Assembly: GCA_963771465.1 (NCBI GenBank)
Contig: CAVYTU010000017.1
Span: 1,056,001 to 1,120,000, forward strand
Direction of reading: 5' to 3'
Length of the DNA: 64,000 bases
DNA from: an uncultured delta proteobacterium
GTDB taxonomy: Bacteria > Desulfobacterota > Binatia > UBA9968
Below the pieces are notes generated by a model. The model was not told the DNA's origin and made no database searches. It was given only the letters and a program-made list of their open reading frames with translations. Position numbers and translations under genes: made by a program. Of the stretch, positions 58,620 through 64,000 are shown in pieces (the stretch's first letter is position 1; each line of letters opens with the position of its first letter).

Positions 58620-59633
58620 ATGTCTCGCGTTGTTTTACTAGTTTTCAGCACACTGATGATTGCCGGCATTATCGGTAGTTACGCGCCGGCGCGCGCCCAA
58701 TCCCTCGACGAATTGCATAAGGCGGCGCTCAAGGAAGGCGGCGGGCTCAACTTCTACGGTACTCTGGCGCAGATCAATGCCGAGATCATCCTGCCGCTCT
58801 TCGAGAAGCGCTTCCCCGGCATCAAAGTCAATCATGTCGATGCGACTTCGGACAAGCTGGTGGCGCGGGCCGTGAGTGAAGCGCGCGGTGGCAAGACCAT
58901 CGGCGATGTCTTGCAAGTGCCGCTGGAAAACGTGGTTCAGCTCCACGATCAGGGATTGTTACTCGACGTGGCTTTGCCGGAATCGGCAGCGTATCCCGAC
59001 GGATTAAAAGGCTCCTTCTGGACCTCCTCGGATTTGCAGTATTTTGTCGCTGCGTGGAATACCTCGCTGGTCAAGAAAGAAGAGGAGCCCAAGACATTCG
59101 ATGATTTCGTCAATCCGCGCTGGAAGAATCGCTTGATTGCCGAACCGCGCGACCTGGAGATGCTTCTATCCTTCGCCAAGTACCGCTTCAAGAGCGATGA
59201 AAAAGCGATCGACTATTGGAGGAAGGTTGCGGCGAACAATGTCGAATTTCACAAGGGCCATTCACAACTAGCCGAGCTCCTGGTTGCCGGTCAAGCCGCC
59301 GTCTGTCTGACCTGCTACTCGCACCACTATCCGATTCGCATCAAGAAGGGCGCGCCGGTAAATTACATGCTGAGCGAAGGCGTCGCGTCGATTAATGGCA
59401 CGGCGGTGTTTAAGAATTCGCCGCACCCGAATACGGCGTTGCTGTTCGCGCGTTGGGTGGCGAGCGAGGCAGGGCAGAAAGTGATGGCTCAGGGCGGGCG
59501 CAACCCGGCCCATCCCAAGGTCGATCCGGTCGATAAGACCAAGACGGAGAAAACCTACTTTATTACGGCAGCCGATCTAAAAGAGTTTCCCAAGTACGAG
59601 AAAATTTGGAAAGAAATTTTTAAGTTACGTTGA
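58620..59633 (+). CDS. Extracellular solute-binding protein, array II copy 3
   Basis: Paralog; CLTCYSHH; same C-terminus WKEIFKLR. Confidence 0.88.
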   Translation: MSRVVLLVFSTLMIAGIIGSYAPARAQSLDELHKAALKEGGGLNFYGTLAQINAEIILPLFEKRFPGIKVNHVDATSDKLVARAVSEARGGKTIGDVLQVPLENVVQLHDQGLLLDVALPESAAYPDGLKGSFWTSSDLQYFVAAWNTSLVKKEEEPKTFDDFVNPRWKNRLIAEPRDLEMLLSFAKYRFKSDEKAIDYWRKVAANNVEFHKGHSQLAELLVAGQAAVCLTCYSHHYPIRIKKGAPVNYMLSEGVASINGTAVFKNSPHPNTALLFARWVASEAGQKVMAQGGRNPAHPKVDPVDKTKTEKTYFITAADLKEFPKYEKIWKEIFKLR

Positions 59634-59674
59634 GTCGTGATTAGTTCAGGACCGCAAAGCCTTATCGTAGCCCC

Positions 59675-61405
59675 ATGGCCACAGCGACAATAGCTAGAGA
59701 CGCGAGCCCGAGCACGTCAAAATTCGCAGATCCGGCGCTGCTGGTGCCGATCGTTGGCGCTGGCGTACTGATCTATCTAGCGGTGCTGCCGTTGTTTATG
59801 CTCTTGATTGGCAGCTTCCAGGCAGAAGTGGGGCCGCGGGAGTTCGTCTACACGCTGAAGAACTACCAAAACGCCTACGCCAGCGAACACACCTATTCGA
59901 CATTCATGAACTCGCTCATTTTCGCGTCGGGTTCAGCGGTGATGACGTTTCTTTTTGGGACGATGTTGGCTTGGCTTACCGAACGCACCAATACGCCTTG
60001 GCGGAGCTTATTCGTACCCGTTGCCGTCGTGCCGTTGATTCTTCCCGGCGTGTTGGAGTCGATTGCCTGGATTTTTCTGCTCAGTCCCAAGTTTGGTTAT
60101 CTCAACGTCTGGTTGATGCAGTTGTTCGGCATCCAGTCGCCGCCGTTCAATGTCTTTTCTCTGCCCGGCATGATCTGGGTGCATTCGGTGGGGCAGGTGC
60201 CGTTGGCCTTCTTAATAATGACGGCGGCTTTCAAATCGATGGACCCTTCGCTGGAAGAGTCGGCGATGATGTCCGGGGCCAATACTTGGCAGACTTTTAA
60301 GCGTGTGACCTTGCGCTTGCTGATGCCGACAGCCGGTTCCGTCATGCTCATATTATTCGTCCGAACTCTCGAATCGTTCGAGACCCCGGCATTGATCGGT
60401 ATTCCGGCGCGCATTTACGTCTATACCAGTGAAATCTTTCTCGCCTTCAATGAATATCCGCCCGACTACGGCCGCGGCGGCGCGCTTGCCGTCGGCTTGC
60501 TGCTGCTGAGCGCCGTCGGCGTGTGGCTCTACACGCGGGCGACCAAAGAAGGCAAAAAATTTCAAACTGTAACGGGAAAAGCGTTTCGCCCGCGGCAGTT
60601 CGATCTCGGTCCTTGGCGGTGGGTGGGTTTTTCTTTTCTCATGGTCTATTTCATTTTCGTGGTTCTACTGCCGTTCTTGGTTCTTTTCTGGGCGTCGTTT
60701 CTGCCATTTTTCGCGGCGCCGAGCTGGTCCGCGCTCGATAAGCTGAGCTTGGACAATTACCGTTACTTGTCGACCTTCCGGCCATTTTGGGAGGCGATGA
60801 AAAATAGCATCATATTGGCGACGTTCACCGCGACCATAGCGATGGTTCTGACATCGCTGGTCGCCTGGATCGTCTACAAGAGCAAACTGCGCGGCGCGTG
60901 GATACTCGACTTTCTCGCCTTCGTGCCGATCACGATCCCCGGTATCGTCATGGGTATGGCACTTATCCTCTTGTACGTTGCTTTCCCGGTTCCGATCTAC
61001 GGTACGATTTGGATGCTCTTGATCGCTTACGTGACGCGCTTCATTCCCTACGGCATGCGTTCATCATCCGGATCTATTTTACAAATTCACAGCGAGCTCG
61101 AAGAAGCGGCTGCGGCTTCCGGTGCTTCGTGGTGGGAAACGTTCAAACGAGTGACTCTGCCGCTGCTTCGTCCTGGTTTCGTCGCCGGCTGGATTTATAT
61201 CTGCATCGTGTCGTTCAGAGAGTTTTCCACCTCCGTCCTGCTCGCCACCGGCGAAAGCCGCGTGCTGTCGATTTTGCTTTTCACCATGTTCGAGCAAGGC
61301 CAAGTGACCATTGTGGCGGCAATCGGCATCTTAATGATCGTCACATTGCTGAGCGTGGTGGGAATATTCTATAAACTCACTGGCAAAGTGGGCATACAAA
61401 CATAA
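59675..61405 (+). CDS. ABC transporter permease, FbpB-type
   Basis: MDPSLEESAMMSGA and ELEEAAAASGA EAA loops. Confidence 0.9.
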   Translation: MATATIARDASPSTSKFADPALLVPIVGAGVLIYLAVLPLFMLLIGSFQAEVGPREFVYTLKNYQNAYASEHTYSTFMNSLIFASGSAVMTFLFGTMLAWLTERTNTPWRSLFVPVAVVPLILPGVLESIAWIFLLSPKFGYLNVWLMQLFGIQSPPFNVFSLPGMIWVHSVGQVPLAFLIMTAAFKSMDPSLEESAMMSGANTWQTFKRVTLRLLMPTAGSVMLILFVRTLESFETPALIGIPARIYVYTSEIFLAFNEYPPDYGRGGALAVGLLLLSAVGVWLYTRATKEGKKFQTVTGKAFRPRQFDLGPWRWVGFSFLMVYFIFVVLLPFLVLFWASFLPFFAAPSWSALDKLSLDNYRYLSTFRPFWEAMKNSIILATFTATIAMVLTSLVAWIVYKSKLRGAWILDFLAFVPITIPGIVMGMALILLYVAFPVPIYGTIWMLLIAYVTRFIPYGMRSSSGSILQIHSELEEAAAASGASWWETFKRVTLPLLRPGFVAGWIYICIVSFREFSTSVLLATGESRVLSILLFTMFEQGQVTIVAAIGILMIVTLLSVVGIFYKLTGKVGIQT

Positions 61406-61411
61406 AAGAAC

Positions 61412-61489
61412 GGTTCAAATCGTTCAAACCGTTCAAGCCGTTCAACGTTAACTCTTTGAACGGAGCGAAGCGGTTGAACGGTTTGAACC
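61412..61489. repeat. Nonamer tandem repeats (CGTTCAANN) with inverted copies
   Basis: ggttcaaat cgttcaaac cgttcaagc cgttcaac ... ttgaacgg ... ttgaacggtttgaacc. Confidence 0.8.
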
Positions 61490-61499
61490 AAGAGAAAAT

Positions 61500-62603
61500 A
61501 TGATCGAAGTTAAGTCACTGGTTAAAATCTACGAAGACGGCTCAAATGCCGGCGTGACGGCCGTCAATGAAATTTCCTTTACGGTTGAAGAGGGACGATT
61601 CTATACCTTGCTCGGCCCTTCGGGTTGCGGCAAGACAACCACGCTGCGCTGCATCGCCGGGTTGGAGAAGGCCAATGGTGGCGAGATCCTCGTCGCGGGA
61701 AACAAAGTCTATTCGGCGCACGATAACACTTACGTTCCGGCGTACCGCCGGCCCATCGGTATGGTGTTTCAAAGCTACGCGATTTGGCCGCATCTTACCG
61801 TATTCGAAAACGTCGCCTTTCCGCTGCGCGTGGGGAAACAGAAAGTCAGTAACGCCGACGTTAAAAAGAAAGTTTCCACGGCTCTCGAACAGGTTGAATT
61901 AGCCGGCTATGAAGAACGGATGGCGACTCAACTATCAGGCGGGCAGCAGCAGCGCCTTGCGCTCGCCCGCGCGTTGGTGCGCGAGCCGCTGGTGCTGTTG
62001 CTCGACGAGCCGCTCAGCAACCTCGACGCCAAGCTGCGCGAGCGCATGCGCTTCGAGCTCCGTGAACTACAGCGCCGCCTGCGCATCACGACGTTGTACG
62101 TAACCCACGATCAGATCGAAGCGCTGTCGATGTCCAACGTCATCGCCGTCATGAACTCCGGCGTGATCGTTCAGGAGGGCGCTCCGCGGGATATCTATTT
62201 GCAACCGAAGACCAAGTTCGTCGCCAATTTCATCGGCTCGACCAACCAGATGACCGGCCAGGTGACCAAGCTGGAAGGAAACGGCACAGCGACGGTTCGC
62301 ACCGACGACGGCGAGATCTCTTGCGGCATCCTTGATGGCTTGACTGCCGGCAGCAAGGTGGTTGTCGTGGTGCGACCTGAGAGTATTAACCTGCACCAGC
62401 AGCAGCCAACCAACGGTTCGAACGTTATCGCGGGTAAAATCGGCGCCGCCATGTTTTTGGGTGAATACGTCGACTGCACGATTGAACTCGGCAATAACAT
62501 TCTGCAGACCCATCAGCGCTACACCTTGCAAGTGCGCCGCGGCGACCCGGTTTGGGTAGAGTTGCCGGCGGGCGAATGCATGGCGCTGCCCGCGGAACAG
62601 TGA
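61500..62603 (+). CDS. ABC transporter ATP-binding protein (FbpC/PotA-like, with TOBE domain)
   Basis: GPSGCGKTT, LSGGQQQR and LLLDEPLSNLDAKLR motifs. Confidence 0.93.
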   Translation: MIEVKSLVKIYEDGSNAGVTAVNEISFTVEEGRFYTLLGPSGCGKTTTLRCIAGLEKANGGEILVAGNKVYSAHDNTYVPAYRRPIGMVFQSYAIWPHLTVFENVAFPLRVGKQKVSNADVKKKVSTALEQVELAGYEERMATQLSGGQQQRLALARALVREPLVLLLDEPLSNLDAKLRERMRFELRELQRRLRITTLYVTHDQIEALSMSNVIAVMNSGVIVQEGAPRDIYLQPKTKFVANFIGSTNQMTGQVTKLEGNGTATVRTDDGEISCGILDGLTAGSKVVVVVRPESINLHQQQPTNGSNVIAGKIGAAMFLGEYVDCTIELGNNILQTHQRYTLQVRRGDPVWVELPAGECMALPAEQ

Positions 62604-62731
62604 TCAAGACCGGCGCGCCGTTCCGCTAGTCCGAAACGCTTTTCTCGCCTTGTTGATTCATTGATCGCTGTTGAGTTAAATCAAGATACAGTTGCATCCG
62701 CTCGCTGTGTGAGGGATTCGAAGCAGGAGGT

Positions 62732-63733
62732 TTGTTGGGCATGGTAAACCGAAGCAGCATTGGATTGTCGCTTTTAATCCTATTGTCTTTCGGAAGTTAC
62801 ACTCCCAGCGCCGCCCAGGAGCGCGTCAAGATCGCCTACAGCTCGGCCGACGCGTCCAACGTCGTATGGTTCACCGCCTTGGATGGCGGCATTTATCGGA
62901 AGCACGGTTTGGACGTCGAACTCATCTTCATCCAAAGCTCGACCATGAGCGTCTCCACGTTGGTTTCGGGCGATATTCAGATTGCTAACAGCTCGGGTGG
63001 CGCGGTGGCGAGTGCCGTCGTTGCTGGGGCCAATTTGGTGATGACCGCCTGCTACATCAATACGCTGCCCTACGAACTGGTGGTTCAGGAGTCGGTCAAA
63101 TCGATCGAAGACTTGAAAGGCAAAAGCGTTGGCATCAGCCGCGTGGGAAGCGCCTCGGATGTGGCGGCACGGGTACTGATCAAAGGGTTGGGTTTGGAGC
63201 CGGTGAAGGACGTGCCGATCATGCAGGTGGGCGGTCCGTCGGAGCGGGCGGCGGCGTTTAGGACGGGTAAAATCGTCGGCTTTCCGTCACCGCCCGGAAC
63301 AATTCACCTTGCCAAAGGCATGCCCCATCGGATCATGATCAGCACGGCGGATTTTCAAAAGCGTTTCGATTTTCCGTATATTTGCTCGACGACCACAAAA
63401 AGCTATCTGGCGAGCAACCGGGAAACCATGAGAAAGCTCACGATGGCGCTCGTTGAAGCGACGCATTTTCTGAAGACCCGCAAGCAAGAGACCATGAAAT
63501 TCATCGCCAAGTACACGCGTCAGAACAATCCGCAGTTCTTAGAGTCATCCTGGGCCGCCAACGTAAAGTTGCATGATCGCGTTCCATTGGTTACCCGGGA
63601 AGGAACTGAGGTCCAGATCAAAGAGGCGCTGGCGCGAAAGCCCGGCGCTACTTTGCGCGTCGAGGATATCGTCGACGATAGTATTGTCAGAGAACTCGAA
63701 AAGAGCGGCTTCATCGACAAGGTTTACAAGTAA
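62732..63733 (+). CDS. ABC transporter substrate-binding protein, NMT1/SsuA-like
   Basis: Signal peptide; KHGLDVELIFI, DLKGKSVGISRVGSASD and ELEKSGFIDKVY motifs. Confidence 0.85.
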   Translation: MLGMVNRSSIGLSLLILLSFGSYTPSAAQERVKIAYSSADASNVVWFTALDGGIYRKHGLDVELIFIQSSTMSVSTLVSGDIQIANSSGGAVASAVVAGANLVMTACYINTLPYELVVQESVKSIEDLKGKSVGISRVGSASDVAARVLIKGLGLEPVKDVPIMQVGGPSERAAAFRTGKIVGFPSPPGTIHLAKGMPHRIMISTADFQKRFDFPYICSTTTKSYLASNRETMRKLTMALVEATHFLKTRKQETMKFIAKYTRQNNPQFLESSWAANVKLHDRVPLVTREGTEVQIKEALARKPGATLRVEDIVDDSIVRELEKSGFIDKVYK

Positions 63734-63757
63734 GCGCGTCGTTGAGGCCCGCAGCCA

Positions 63758-64000
63758 ATGATCAGCGCAGTGATTCTTTCCGCCGGTGAGTCGAGCCGCA
63801 TGGGACGGCCTAAAGCGCTGCTGCCGATCGACGGCCAGACTTTCATTGAGAAAATCGTCGGCGCGCTGAAAGGCGCTCAAATCGGCAAAGTGATCGTCAT
63901 CCTCGGTCATGATGCCGAGGAAATGCGCCGGCGCATCGAACATCTTCCGGTCGAGTTTCTGGTTAATCCGGACTATAAACTCGGTCAGTTGTCATCGCTG
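63758..64000 (+). CDS. mocA: Molybdenum cofactor cytidylyltransferase MocA-like NTP transferase (runs off the window end)
   Basis: Hand translation: MISAVILSAGESSRMGRPKALLPIDG...VNPDYKLGQLSSL. Confidence 0.75.
   Translation, partial: MISAVILSAGESSRMGRPKALLPIDGQTFIEKIVGALKGAQIGKVIVILGHDAEEMRRRIEHLPVEFLVNPDYKLGQLSSL

Overview
This is a GC-rich (roughly 55-60% by eye) bacterial chromosomal window dominated by transport and peripheral catabolism. The gene style (many paralogous orphan solute-binding proteins, amidohydrolases, LLM oxidoreductases, short intergenic tandem and inverted repeats) suggests a soil lineage such as Candidatus Binatota/'Deltaproteobacteria'; that assignment is inference only. 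Recognisable loci: a cyanate ABC transporter plus cyanase (cynABD-cynS) behind a consensus sigma-54 promoter with two NtrC-like sites; GYD-korAB (2-oxoacid:ferredoxin oxidoreductase); a roughly 22 kb catabolic region (Mo-hydroxylase large subunit, OCD/mu-crystallin, four tandem SBPs, M24, enolase-superfamily enzyme, opine dehydrogenase, two LLMs, M20, class II aldolase, UbiD); ychF; a VOC / heme-oxygenase-like diiron enzyme / 3-hydroxyanthranilate dioxygenase / FMN-binding protein / amidase cluster; a thioredoxin-like lipoprotein, cupredoxin and vanadium haloperoxidase trio; and a second SBP array with permease and ATPase. I count 16 SBP genes against 3 permeases and 2 ATPases. Best leads for something undescribed: (i) a switch-like leader RNA at 8807-8921 whose multi-stem fold and terminator are mutually exclusive; (ii) a roughly 225-nt structured RNA at 55090-55315; (iii) a solitary integron-type gene cassette with an attC remnant at 1440-2002; (iv) the diiron oxidase plus HAO cluster; (v) several enzymes with rewired catalytic residues; (vi) SBP arrays with CxxC or CxxCYxHH motifs. 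Many single-base frameshifts most likely reflect long-read assembly errors. No rRNA, tRNA, CRISPR array or transposase was seen. All RNA folds and alignments were done by eye.
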